Shown piece by piece: positions 1-8,338 of a stretch of 32,247 nucleotides of DNA. Source of the stretch: Solirubrobacteraceae bacterium. Lineage in GTDB: Bacteria; Actinomycetota; Thermoleophilia; Solirubrobacterales; Solirubrobacteraceae. Position numbers and translations under genes: made by a program. Every line of letters begins with the position of its first letter. Within the stretch, counting starts at the first letter, position 1. Where the stretch lies: positions 1 to 32,247 of the forward strand of contig DASTWP010000066.1 of assembly GCA_035765835.1 (NCBI GenBank), in the 5' to 3' direction. Under the pieces are notes generated by a model. That model was not told the origin of the DNA and made no database searches. It saw only the letters and a list, made by a program, of their open reading frames with translations.

Positions 1-1
1 C

Positions 2-931
2 GCCGCGCTCGTCGCCCTGCTGCTCGGCGGCGCGGTGTACGGGCTCGCGGGTCCGCGCCGGACGACGGTCCGCAAGCGGGTGGCCTACTTCGTGCCGGAC
101 CCTGAGCGTCTGGACGACCTCCTTCCTTCCGCCACCGAGCCTTCGACCCAGGTGCTCCGCGCGGCCGAGGCGCGGCTCGCGCGCAGCCGCTTGTGGGCGC
201 GCTTCAAGGAGGACATGGACGTCGGCGAGATCGGGATCCCGCCGATCCGCCTCGTCCTCTACTCGGTGGTGGCGATGCTCGCGGGCGCGACGATCGCGGC
301 TGCAGCGTTCGGCAACGGCCCGCTGGCCGTCATGTTCGTGCTCGTCCCCGCCGGAACGTTCTTCTGGGTCCGCTTCAAGGCGGATCGCCAGCGGCGCGCC
401 TTCGACGACCAGCTTGCCGACAACCTCCAGGTCATCGCCTCGGCGATGCGCGCCGGCCAGTCGTTCGTGGGCGCGATGGCGACCGCGGCAGCCGACGCCG
501 CCCAGCCGTCGCGGCGCGAGTTCCAGCGGGTGGTCGCCGACGAGCAGCTCGGCATCCAGCTCAGCGTCGCGATGCGCAGCGTCGCGGCGCGGATGCGCAG
601 CACGGAGTTCGAGTACGTCGGCCTGGTCGCGATGCTCCAGCGCGACACCGGCGGCAACACGGCCGAGGTGATCGATCGTGTGACCGAGACGATCCGCGAG
701 CGCGCCGGATTGCGCAGGCTCGTCCGCACGCTCACGGCGCAGGGGCGCTTCAGCGGCGCCGTCGTCTCGCTGCTCCCGGTCGGCATCGGGGGCGTCATCA
801 GCGTCCTGCGGCCGCACTACCTCAGCCCGATGTTCCACGAGACGCGAGGCGTGGTCGCACTGGTGCTCGCCGCCCTCGGCATCGTGATGGGCTGGATCAT
901 CATCCGCAAGATCGTCGACATCAAGGTCTGA
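2..931 (+). CDS. tadB: Type II secretion system F-family protein, Tad/Flp pilus assembly TadB-like (5' end cut by window edge)
   Basis: The frame is open from the window edge. Codons before the first in-window GTG (35) encode AALVALLLGGA, a TM helix, so the true start is probably upstream. The sequence is about 300 aa and polytopic, GspF/T2SS-F-like. A paralogue follows 4 nt later, which is the classic TadB/TadC pair. GC3 is high. Confidence 0.75.
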   Translation, partial: AALVALLLGGAVYGLAGPRRTTVRKRVAYFVPDPERLDDLLPSATEPSTQVLRAAEARLARSRLWARFKEDMDVGEIGIPPIRLVLYSVVAMLAGATIAAAAFGNGPLAVMFVLVPAGTFFWVRFKADRQRRAFDDQLADNLQVIASAMRAGQSFVGAMATAAADAAQPSRREFQRVVADEQLGIQLSVAMRSVAARMRSTEFEYVGLVAMLQRDTGGNTAEVIDRVTETIRERAGLRRLVRTLTAQGRFSGAVVSLLPVGIGGVISVLRPHYLSPMFHETRGVVALVLAALGIVMGWIIIRKIVDIKV

Positions 932-935
932 AACC

Positions 936-1850
936 GTGATCCTCCTCGCAATCCTCGCCCTCGTCCTGCTCGGCGGTGCCATCGGCCTGGCCGCCTGGGC
1001 GTTCGTCCTGCCGCGGTCGCGGACCGCGGTCCGCCTCCAGGAGATCGAGGCTTACGGGTTCGCGCCGGCGGCTCCCGCCGCCGCGGCGTTCGGCGAGTCC
1101 GAGGAGCCCGCCGCGCTGACGAATCTCGCCCGCCGGCTCGGCGACATCGTCGGGCGCTACATGGGCGGCGTCAGCGAGGAGCACATCCGCAAGCACCTCG
1201 TCGCGGCGGGCATGTACGAGACCTCGCCGCGCACCGTGCTCGGCTACCGGCTGCTGTCGTGTGTGCTCTTCGGCGTCCTCGGCCTCGCCCTGAACGTTCT
1301 GCCGGGCATCGTCGGGCACATCGGGGTCGCCGTCCTCGTGGCGTACATCGGCTGGCGCGTGCCGATCATCCTGATCGAGCGCCGGGCGAAGCGCCGCACG
1401 AACGAGATCGACCTGAAGCTGCCCGACGTGATCGACCAGATCGTGATCACGCTCGAGGCCGGCGTCGGCTTCGGCGGCTCGATGCAGCTCGCCGCAGAGC
1501 AGCTCGGCGGGCCGCTCGGCGTCGAGCTTCGGCTCACCCTGCAGGAGCAGCGCATGGGACTGGGGATGCGCTCGGCGCTGAAGAACCTGCTCGAGCGGGT
1601 GGACACGCCGAACGTGCGCACGTTCGTGCGGGCGGTCGTCCAGGGCGACGCGCTCGGCGTCTCGATCGGCACCGTCATGCGCAACCTCGCGATCGAGATG
1701 CGCAAGACCCGGCGCCAGCAGGCGGAGGAGCGCGCCCAGCGCGCCCCGGTGAAGCTGCTCTTCCCGCTGGTCTTCCTCATCTTCCCGTCGCTCGGCGTCG
1801 TGCTGCTGGGCCCCGCGATCATCGAGATCACGAAGGTCCTCGGTTCCTAG
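936..1850 (+). CDS. tadC: Type II secretion system F-family protein, TadC-like
   Basis: GTG start at 936, 4 nt after the upstream TGA. The 304-aa product has an N-terminal TM helix, a cytoplasmic helical domain and a C-terminal TM pair (LLFPLVFLIFPSLGVVLLGPAI). It is paralogous in layout to the upstream gene. Confidence 0.75.
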   Translation: MILLAILALVLLGGAIGLAAWAFVLPRSRTAVRLQEIEAYGFAPAAPAAAAFGESEEPAALTNLARRLGDIVGRYMGGVSEEHIRKHLVAAGMYETSPRTVLGYRLLSCVLFGVLGLALNVLPGIVGHIGVAVLVAYIGWRVPIILIERRAKRRTNEIDLKLPDVIDQIVITLEAGVGFGGSMQLAAEQLGGPLGVELRLTLQEQRMGLGMRSALKNLLERVDTPNVRTFVRAVVQGDALGVSIGTVMRNLAIEMRKTRRQQAEERAQRAPVKLLFPLVFLIFPSLGVVLLGPAIIEITKVLGS

Positions 1851-2174
1851 ATGGACGAGCCGTCGTTCGACGCCGCGCTCGACGGATTGCTGGCGCGGTC
1901 GTCGACCGGTGGCCCGCCGGTCCCTGAGGTCGAGGCGCTGCTGACGCGGGGCTACGCGCACGCGCTCGAGCTGGAGGTCGAGCGGATGCGGCTCGCGGAG
2001 CGCGTCGACGACCTGCTGTCGGATCCGCTGGCGCCACAGCTGCCGCGCGACATCGCGCACCTGCACGCCGAGCTCGCGCAGGTCGGCAACCGGCTGCACC
2101 GCCTGCGCGAGCGGCTCGCGGAGGTCGCGAGCCGCTATGGCGTCGCGCGCCCGTTCACGGCTCCTCGCGGCTGA
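1851..2174 (+). CDS. Hypothetical small soluble coiled-coil protein (107 aa)
   Basis: The ATG directly abuts the tadC-like TAG (TAGATG). GC3 is high throughout. The sequence is heptad-like and Leu/Arg/Glu-rich (ELEVERMRLAERVDDLL..LHRLRERLAEV) with no TM helix. I recognise no family. Confidence 0.6.
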   Translation: MDEPSFDAALDGLLARSSTGGPPVPEVEALLTRGYAHALELEVERMRLAERVDDLLSDPLAPQLPRDIAHLHAELAQVGNRLHRLRERLAEVASRYGVARPFTAPRG

Positions 2175-2799
2175 GCAGCTCCATCACCTCGCTGCGGCTG
2201 CCCGCGCCCAGCTTGGACATGGCCGCGGAGAGGTGACGGCGCACGGTCACCTCGCTGATGCCCATGCGCTCGGCGACCTGCCGCGTCGAGAGCTCCTTTT
2301 GCAGATGCTCGAGCACCTCCCACTCGCGTTCCGTGACGTGCTCGGCGCCCGGTCGGCCGAGCGGGATCCGCCGCCGCCGGTCACGACTCTGGAGCTCGTC
2401 CACCATGCGCATCACGAGCCGTCGCGGAATCGCGGCCTCGCCCTTCAGGACGCCCCGCAGCGCGAACGGCAGGCGGTCGGGGTCGGTGTCCTTGAGCAGG
2501 TAGCCACGGGCGCCGGCGCGCAGGGCGTCGAAGAGCACCCCGTCGTCGGCCTCGGCCGCCAGCATCACGACGGTGGTCTCCGGCACCTGCGCCGCGATCT
2601 CAGCGGCGGCCTGGATGCCGCCGCCCGGCATGTTCACGTCCAGCAGGCACGCGTCGGGGCGCAGCTCGATCGCGGCTGCCACGGCGTCCGGCCCCGTGCC
2701 GACGTCGATGACTACGGTCATCCCGGCAGCCTCGAGGGCCGCCCGCACGCCGGCGCGTGTCGGGACGTGGTCGTCGGCGAGCAGGATGGTGATGGTCAC
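2155..2799 (-). CDS. NarL/FixJ (LuxR-type) response regulator
   Basis: Receiver motifs are present: LLADDH, LLDVNMPGGG and GYLLKD. The C-terminal LuxR HTH reads LSTRQVAERMGISEVTVRRHLS. The GTG start overlaps the kinase stop as GTGA. Confidence 0.9.
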   Translation of the reverse strand: MTITILLADDHVPTRAGVRAALEAAGMTVVIDVGTGPDAVAAAIELRPDACLLDVNMPGGGIQAAAEIAAQVPETTVVMLAAEADDGVLFDALRAGARGYLLKDTDPDRLPFALRGVLKGEAAIPRRLVMRMVDELQSRDRRRRIPLGRPGAEHVTEREWEVLEHLQKELSTRQVAERMGISEVTVRRHLSAAMSKLGAGSRSEVMELLSREEP

Positions 2800-4289
2800 G
2801 GAAGCAGCAGCTCCACGACCGTACCCTCGCCGAGACGCGACCGGATGCGCAAGCTGCCTCCGAGCGCCTGAGCGCGCTCGTGCATGCTGAGCAGCCCGAG
2901 GCTGTCGGCCCGGCGCGGCGCATCGACGTCGAAGCCGTCGCCGTCGTCGACGACCTCGAGCCGCAATCCCTCCGGGCCGCGGAGCAGCGTGATGAACACC
3001 ACGCGCGCCTGGCCGTGCACGGCGGCGTTGACGATCGCCTGGCTCTGGACCCGCAGCAGTGCCTGCTGCACCTCCGGCGGGACGTCGATATGCGGCTCGA
3101 GATCGAACTGGACCTCGACGCCGGCGCGCGCCGCGGTGCTCGTCGCGGCCTGCTCCAGCGTGCGCTCGAGCGGCTCGCTCCCGCGCCGGACGAGCCCGGA
3201 GATGGCCAGGCGCGACTCCTCGAGCGCGCGCTGCGCGGCGGCGAGCAGATCCTCACCACCCGCCTGGCGGTCGTCGCGGACGAGCCGCCGCGTCTGCGCC
3301 GTGATGAACGCGAGCTCCTGCGCGAGCCCGTCGTGCAGGTCGCGCGCGAGGCGCCGCCGCTCCTCGCGGATCGCCTGCTCGGCGAGCACTTCCTGGCTCG
3401 AGAGGACCTCGATCGCCGCGCCCGTGAGCAGGACGACGAACGCCGCGAGAGCGACGAAGTCGCCGATGTAGACGTACTCGCCGTATTGCGTCGGGAACAG
3501 TGCGTAGTCCAGCCTCGCGATCGCGAAGAGCGCCACGCCGGCCGCGATCCAGCCCAGCAGCGGGTCCTGGCGGCGCTCCGACCGGATCGCGAAGCCGGCC
3601 GTAGCTGCCGATAAGGCCATGGTGAGGAGGATCTCGAGGACCGTCAGCGACACGGGGCCCCCCAGGAGGTCGCGGGAGACGCGATGCGGGCCGAACGGCT
3701 CGTCGACAACGGGGAGGACCCCCGTCAGCGCTGCGATCAGTCCCGTCATGGCGCCGGTGGCGGCCATGGCGGCGAGCAGACCGGTCGCGACTGCGCGGGC
3801 AGGTCGTTCGAGGGCGATCGACGGGCCGAGCGCCGCGGCGAGGAACAGGCCCGCCGCGATGACGCGGGAGCCTGCGAGCGCCCAAGTCACGAAGGTCCGC
3901 GTGTGGTCCGCGGAGAGCGTCGGGATCAGTTGGAAGCAGAGGGTCGCGACCGCCGTGACGAGGAGGGCCATCGCCAGCAACAGGTCCGACCGGCGGGCGG
4001 CCTGCCGCGCGCGCCCGGCCATGATCGCCGAGGTGAGCCCCAGCGCCAGGGTGCCCGCGGTGTCGATCGCCACGTTGGTCGACGCACTGCGGAAGGCCGA
4101 GCCCAGTCCGGGCACCACCGCCACGAGCAGGGTCACCCCGACGGCGATCACCCCGGCGACGGCCGCGAGCGAAACCCCCGCCGGGCGGATCGCCCGGTCG
4201 CGGACCTCGCCGAGCATGTCCGTCCGTGTGGCCTGCCGTGTGGTCAATTCCGTAGGCGTCGTTCGTCCGCCGCGAATCTTTCCCTGCAA
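2796..4289 (-). CDS. Sensor histidine kinase, HisKA_3 type, with polytopic N-terminal membrane domain
   Basis: The H-box is LARDLHDGLAQELAFI. HATPase motifs are NAAVHG, DDGDGFD and GLLSMHERAQALGG. The N-terminal half has about 6-8 hydrophobic helices. The start is uncertain: ATG at 4289, or an in-frame ATG at 4217. Confidence 0.85.
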   Translation of the reverse strand: MQGKIRGGRTTPTELTTRQATRTDMLGEVRDRAIRPAGVSLAAVAGVIAVGVTLLVAVVPGLGSAFRSASTNVAIDTAGTLALGLTSAIMAGRARQAARRSDLLLAMALLVTAVATLCFQLIPTLSADHTRTFVTWALAGSRVIAAGLFLAAALGPSIALERPARAVATGLLAAMAATGAMTGLIAALTGVLPVVDEPFGPHRVSRDLLGGPVSLTVLEILLTMALSAATAGFAIRSERRQDPLLGWIAAGVALFAIARLDYALFPTQYGEYVYIGDFVALAAFVVLLTGAAIEVLSSQEVLAEQAIREERRRLARDLHDGLAQELAFITAQTRRLVRDDRQAGGEDLLAAAQRALEESRLAISGLVRRGSEPLERTLEQAATSTAARAGVEVQFDLEPHIDVPPEVQQALLRVQSQAIVNAAVHGQARVVFITLLRGPEGLRLEVVDDGDGFDVDAPRRADSLGLLSMHERAQALGGSLRIRSRLGEGTVVELLLP

Positions 4290-4367
4290 CCCTAGTCTGC
4301 CGCTACCATGCTGGATTACGGTGGCATGGACGACTCACCACCGCTCCTTGGGGGAACGGACAAGACG

Positions 4368-5009
4368 ATGCGGGTTCTGATCGCTGACGATCACGTCCTG
4401 TTCCGGCGGGGCCTGGGGCGGCTGCTGGAGCAGCACGGCATCGAGGTCGCCGGCGAGGCATCCAACGGCCGCCAGGCCGTGCAGCTGACGCGGGACCTCG
4501 GTCCCGAAGTCGTGATCATGGATCTGTCGATGCCGCTCATGGACGGCCTCGAGGCCACGCGCGCGATCCTCTCCGAGGATCCCGACCAGCGCATCCTGAT
4601 GCTCACGATCGCCTCGGAAGAGGGGCCCGTCCTGGACGCCATCCTCGCGGGCGCCTGCGGCTATCAGCTCAAGGACGCCTCCGCGCAGGACCTCGTCGCG
4701 AGCGTTCGCGCCGCCGGCATGGGCGAGTCGATGATCTCCCCGCGGATCGCCGCGCACCTCGTCAACCGCCTCCGGGCGACGGCGCCCGACCCTCGCGACG
4801 ACGAGCAGCCGACGGGCGACCTGACCGACCGCGAGGTCGAGATCCTCCGCCTCGTGGCCGAGGGCAAGGAGAACTCCGAGATCGCCGGCGAGCTGTTCAT
4901 CAGCCCGAAGACGGTCAAGAACCACGTCGCGAGCATCCTCGACAAGCTCGCGATCGAGAACCGCATCCAGGCCGCCGTCTTCGCGGTGCGGGCCGGCATC
5001 ACCCGCTGA
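4368..5009 (+). CDS. NarL/FixJ (LuxR-type) response regulator
   Basis: I chose the MRVLIADDH start at ATG 4368, preceded by GGGGAACGGA, rather than the ORF-track start at 4308. Receiver motifs are DD, VIMDLSMPLMDG and GYQLKD. The LuxR HTH reads NSEIAGELFISPKTVKNHVASIL. The gene is divergent from the kinase. Confidence 0.9.
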   Translation: MRVLIADDHVLFRRGLGRLLEQHGIEVAGEASNGRQAVQLTRDLGPEVVIMDLSMPLMDGLEATRAILSEDPDQRILMLTIASEEGPVLDAILAGACGYQLKDASAQDLVASVRAAGMGESMISPRIAAHLVNRLRATAPDPRDDEQPTGDLTDREVEILRLVAEGKENSEIAGELFISPKTVKNHVASILDKLAIENRIQAAVFAVRAGITR

Positions 5010-6471
5010 GCAGCACGAGCGTCCGCCGGTCGCGGAAGAGGACGCGCTCTCCGGGCAGGCGGCCGAACCGCGCCGCCGCGCTCGTCCGCCGGTCGAGGAC
5101 GAGCACGCGGTAGCCCGCTGCGGGCGCGGGCCAGCCGGGCGTGGCTGCCCGCGCGAACGCGGCGAGGCTCGCGAGCTCGCTCGTGTGCAGCAGCTCGAAG
5201 CGCGCGTCGTAGGCGACGCGGCCGCGCAGCGCAGGGATCCGCCAGAGCAGCCAGTCGGCGTAGCGGTCGTCGGCGAAGACGTCGCCCCGCCCGTGTCTCG
5301 TCGCGGCGGCGATGGGTGCGAGCGCCGCGGCCGGATATCGCGACGAGAACCAGCCGTCCCCATGGTCGACGGTGAGCACGGCGATCGCGAGCAGCGTCGT
5401 GCAGGCGCCGAGGGCGAGCGCGCGGTGCATCCCGACCCTCACCATGGCTCCCGCCGACGCCGAGCGCTCCAGCAGAGGCGCGAACCAGACGCTGCCGAGC
5501 GCGAGCGTCGCGAGCCCGAACCAGACGACGTTGCGAAGGGCGAGGACGGCGGCGCCTGCGGTCAGCAGGAGCGCGAGCCGGTCCCAGGCCGGCACCCGGA
5601 GCGGGCGGCGGAGCGCCGTCCAAAGCATGGCCGCCATCAACGCGAAGGCCGGCACCGCCACCTTCGGCGCGGCGGTCAGCGGCCGCCACTCGCTGACATA
5701 GCGGTGGAAGGTCGAGGCGAGCAGGGTGTGGTCGTAGTACGAAAGGGTCGCGCTGCCGTACGGGGTGACCAGCAGGCATCCGAATGCGCCCACCGTCAGC
5801 ACGGCGGCGCGGATGACGGGTCCCGCGGCGCGGGCGTGACGTTCGCTCCAGGCGAGCGTGACGCCGCGCAGCATCACGAGCGCCGCAGCGAGGGCTGCGG
5901 AGCCGTGGACGTTGCCCCACAGGGCGAGGAGCGGCAGCGACCAGAGCACGCGCGAGGCATGTGCGCGAGCGTCGCTCGCCAGCAGCGCCAGCAGGGCGAC
6001 GAACAACGGATAGGCCAGCGTCTGCGGGCGCACCTCGAAGCCGACCTCGAGCAGCAGGAACGCGGCCCAGGGCAGCATCAGCAGGACGGCCAGCGCCGAG
6101 GCGCCCAGGCGCCGCGCGAGCGCGGCGGCGGCCGCCAGGCTGCCGACGCTGAAGAGGACCTGCACGGCCCCGAGCAGCCGCAGGCCGAGCAGCCGGTCCA
6201 TGCCGTACATCGCGAGCTGCGAGGCCCACTGCGCGTCGACCCAGCTCCTCCCGGCCGAGATCACCGTCAGCGCGTCATGGTGCGGGATCCCGCGCGTCGC
6301 CACCTCGCGACCCGCCACGAGCGCGAGCCACGTGTCCTGCTGATAGCCCTGCCGGAGCACGTGCAGGCACAGCAGCCCGAAGGCGGCGAGGCACGTGAGC
6401 ACCGCCCAGCCGGTGGCCGACCGCGGCGCGCGGATCCGCGCGATGGCCGGGCGGCGCTGGCGTGTCGCCAT
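4999..6471 (-). CDS. Polytopic integral membrane protein (about 12 TM plus C-terminal soluble domain); possibly a GT-C-fold glycosyltransferase-like protein
   Basis: The 490-aa product has many hydrophobic helices, high GC3, and an ATG directly abutting the stop of the upstream small ORF (TGAATG). The functional guess rests only on overall topology. Confidence 0.7.
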   Translation of the reverse strand: MATRQRRPAIARIRAPRSATGWAVLTCLAAFGLLCLHVLRQGYQQDTWLALVAGREVATRGIPHHDALTVISAGRSWVDAQWASQLAMYGMDRLLGLRLLGAVQVLFSVGSLAAAAALARRLGASALAVLLMLPWAAFLLLEVGFEVRPQTLAYPLFVALLALLASDARAHASRVLWSLPLLALWGNVHGSAALAAALVMLRGVTLAWSERHARAAGPVIRAAVLTVGAFGCLLVTPYGSATLSYYDHTLLASTFHRYVSEWRPLTAAPKVAVPAFALMAAMLWTALRRPLRVPAWDRLALLLTAGAAVLALRNVVWFGLATLALGSVWFAPLLERSASAGAMVRVGMHRALALGACTTLLAIAVLTVDHGDGWFSSRYPAAALAPIAAATRHGRGDVFADDRYADWLLWRIPALRGRVAYDARFELLHTSELASLAAFARAATPGWPAPAAGYRVLVLDRRTSAAARFGRLPGERVLFRDRRTLVLLSG

Positions 6472-6750
6472 TCAGCCCCCTTCGATCGCCAGCCCCTCCG
6501 CCACCGCGGGCGTGCCGTCCGCGCGCTCGTAGCGGATGTCGACGCTGTCGTCCTGGCGGTAGGTGCCGATGCCCATCGCCCCGACGAGCCAGCGCCAGCG
6601 GCTGATGCGGTCGCGGCGCAGCTCGCGTTCGAAGACGAGCGCGCCGGACTCGATGCGGTAGTCGGCGCCGAGCTCCTGGGGGACGCCGTTGAGGTAGACC
6701 TCGAACGGCGGCCGGACGTCGGGCGGCAGGCGGACGACGGAGCGCGGCAC
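6472..6750 (-). CDS. Hypothetical small soluble protein (92 aa)
   Basis: This is the C-terminal part of the 616-aa minus-strand ORF, the rest of which is antisense to the decarboxylase. GTG at 6750 is preceded by GGCGGAGA with a 10-nt spacer. GC3 is high. The stop abuts the start of the membrane protein gene. Confidence 0.55.
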   Translation of the reverse strand: MPRSVVRLPPDVRPPFEVYLNGVPQELGADYRIESGALVFERELRRDRISRWRWLVGAMGIGTYRQDDSVDIRYERADGTPAVAEGLAIEGG

Positions 6751-6771
6751 GGCCTGATTATCTCCGCCTGA

Positions 6772-8253
6772 GTGACCGATGCCAGGACCGGGGCGCGGCC
6801 GAGCCCGTCGCCGATCGTCCGCGTGCTCAACGAGGACGTCGGGCGTTACCACCGCTGGTGCACGCCCTCGATCCTCGCCGAGCAGGAGCGCGTCGAGGAC
6901 TTCTACGCCTCGGACGTGTCGATCTCGGCCGGGTTCTTCGGCACGCTCGTCGACCACACCGGCGTCTTCGGCGAGGCCGAGCGCTTCGCGGCCGCGGCCG
7001 AGGGCGCCGACCGCACGATGTTCTCGGTCCACGGCTCGAGCGGCTCGAACTGGGTCGTGCTGCGGATGCTCGCGCTCGAGCGCTCGGACGCGCTGGTGCT
7101 GGTGGCGCGCAACATCCACCACTCCGTGATCAACGGGATCAAGGCGTTCGGCCTGGACTTCCGCTTCCTGCCCGCGCCCTACGAGCCGCGCTTCGAGGCG
7201 CTGCTGCCGCCGGGCGTCGAGGAGATCGCGCACGGCCTGCGGCGCTACCCGGAGGCGATCGCCGTGCTCTACACGAGCCCCACCTACGAGGGGCTGGCCG
7301 CCGACACGCGCGCGATCGCGCAGACCGTCCACGAGCTCTCCGACACGGCGATGGTGATCGTCGACGAGGCGTGGGGCGGGCACCTGCACTTCCATCCCGA
7401 CCTGCCGGAGAGCGCGATGGCCGCGGGCGCGGACATCTGCGTGCAGTCCACGCACAAGCTCGCCGGCGGCCTGCAGCAGACGGGCCTGATCCACTGGCAG
7501 GAGGGCCGCGTGGACTCCGAGCTGATGGAGGAGGCCTACCGCGAGTACGTCACGACCTCGCCGAGCTACCACCTGCTCGCCTCCGCCGACGCCGCGGTGC
7601 GGACGCTTGCCGCGCAGGGCGAGGAGGCGCTCGGGCGCGCGATCGCGCGCACGCGCGAGCTGAAGGACGCGCTGCGCGCCCGGCTGCCGGACCTCGACTG
7701 GATGGAGGACCCCGAGTGGCTGCGCTCGGTCTCCGCGAACGTCGGCGCCTGCGACCTCGTCAAGACGACCGTCGGCCTCAGCCGCTACGCGCTCACGGGG
7801 TACGAGGTCGCGCACGCGCTGGTCGAGCGCCACATCGTGATCGAGAAGGCGGGCGTGCACACGATCACGCTGATCACGGCCTTCCAGCTCGGTCCGGAGG
7901 CGGTCGCCGACACCGTCGACGCGCTGGCCGCGATCCTTGGGAGCCAGGTGCTGCCAGGCGGCGGCCGCGAGCCGATGCCGGGCAATCCCTTCAGCGCGAT
8001 CGAGGACCGCCCCGTCATGCACCCCTACGCCGCACGCCGCTACGCCAAGGCGCTCGGCCACGAGCTGCCGCTGCGCGAGGCGGTCGGGCGCGTCGCCGCC
8101 GAGGAGGTCGAGGTCTATCCGCCGGGCATCCCGGTGATCCTCGAGGGCTTCCGCGTCAGCGCCGACGCCGTGCAGTACCTGATCGAGGTCCGCGACGCGG
8201 GCGGCTCCATCGTCGCGCGCGACACCTCGCTGCGCACGCTGCGCGTGCTCTAG
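6772..8253 (+). CDS. PLP-dependent Orn/Lys/Arg decarboxylase family protein (SpeA/YaaO-like fold type I)
   Basis: The sequence is colinear with Bacillus SpeA-type decarboxylases: GADRTMFSVHGSSGSN, VDEAWGGHLHFH, SAMAAGADICVQSTHK (the PLP lysine) and the C-terminal VYPPGIPV motif. The start is uncertain: GTG at 6772 or GTG at 6823. Confidence 0.85.
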   Translation: MTDARTGARPSPSPIVRVLNEDVGRYHRWCTPSILAEQERVEDFYASDVSISAGFFGTLVDHTGVFGEAERFAAAAEGADRTMFSVHGSSGSNWVVLRMLALERSDALVLVARNIHHSVINGIKAFGLDFRFLPAPYEPRFEALLPPGVEEIAHGLRRYPEAIAVLYTSPTYEGLAADTRAIAQTVHELSDTAMVIVDEAWGGHLHFHPDLPESAMAAGADICVQSTHKLAGGLQQTGLIHWQEGRVDSELMEEAYREYVTTSPSYHLLASADAAVRTLAAQGEEALGRAIARTRELKDALRARLPDLDWMEDPEWLRSVSANVGACDLVKTTVGLSRYALTGYEVAHALVERHIVIEKAGVHTITLITAFQLGPEAVADTVDALAAILGSQVLPGGGREPMPGNPFSAIEDRPVMHPYAARRYAKALGHELPLREAVGRVAAEEVEVYPPGIPVILEGFRVSADAVQYLIEVRDAGGSIVARDTSLRTLRVL

Positions 8254-8277
8254 GCCAAGAACGCCGCTGGACGAGTG

Positions 8278-8307
8278 TTGTAGACCGTTCGTCGCAGTTG
8301 CTATACC
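8278..8307 (+). promoter_or_regulatory. Candidate sigma70-like promoter (TTGTAG - 18 nt - TATACC)
   Basis: It lies in the only clearly GC-poorer stretch of the 85-nt spacer upstream of the ATG at 8339. This is a hexamer match by eye only. Confidence 0.25.
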
Positions 8308-8338
8308 GCTCGCCGCGTTCATACGTCATGCTGCAGGC

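Noticed and set aside
921-2099. 392-aa minus-strand ORF opposite tadC and the small coiled-coil ORF
   Set aside because: It is antisense to a membrane protein gene with a sensible TM pattern. The translation is highly charged low-complexity.
7893-7903. TCCGGAGGCGG inside the decarboxylase gene (and GCCGGAGGCG at 32148-32157 inside the MFS gene) as extra repeat copies
   Set aside because: Only the short arm motif matches. There is no palindrome and no second arm, and a match of this kind is expected by chance in GC-rich coding sequence.
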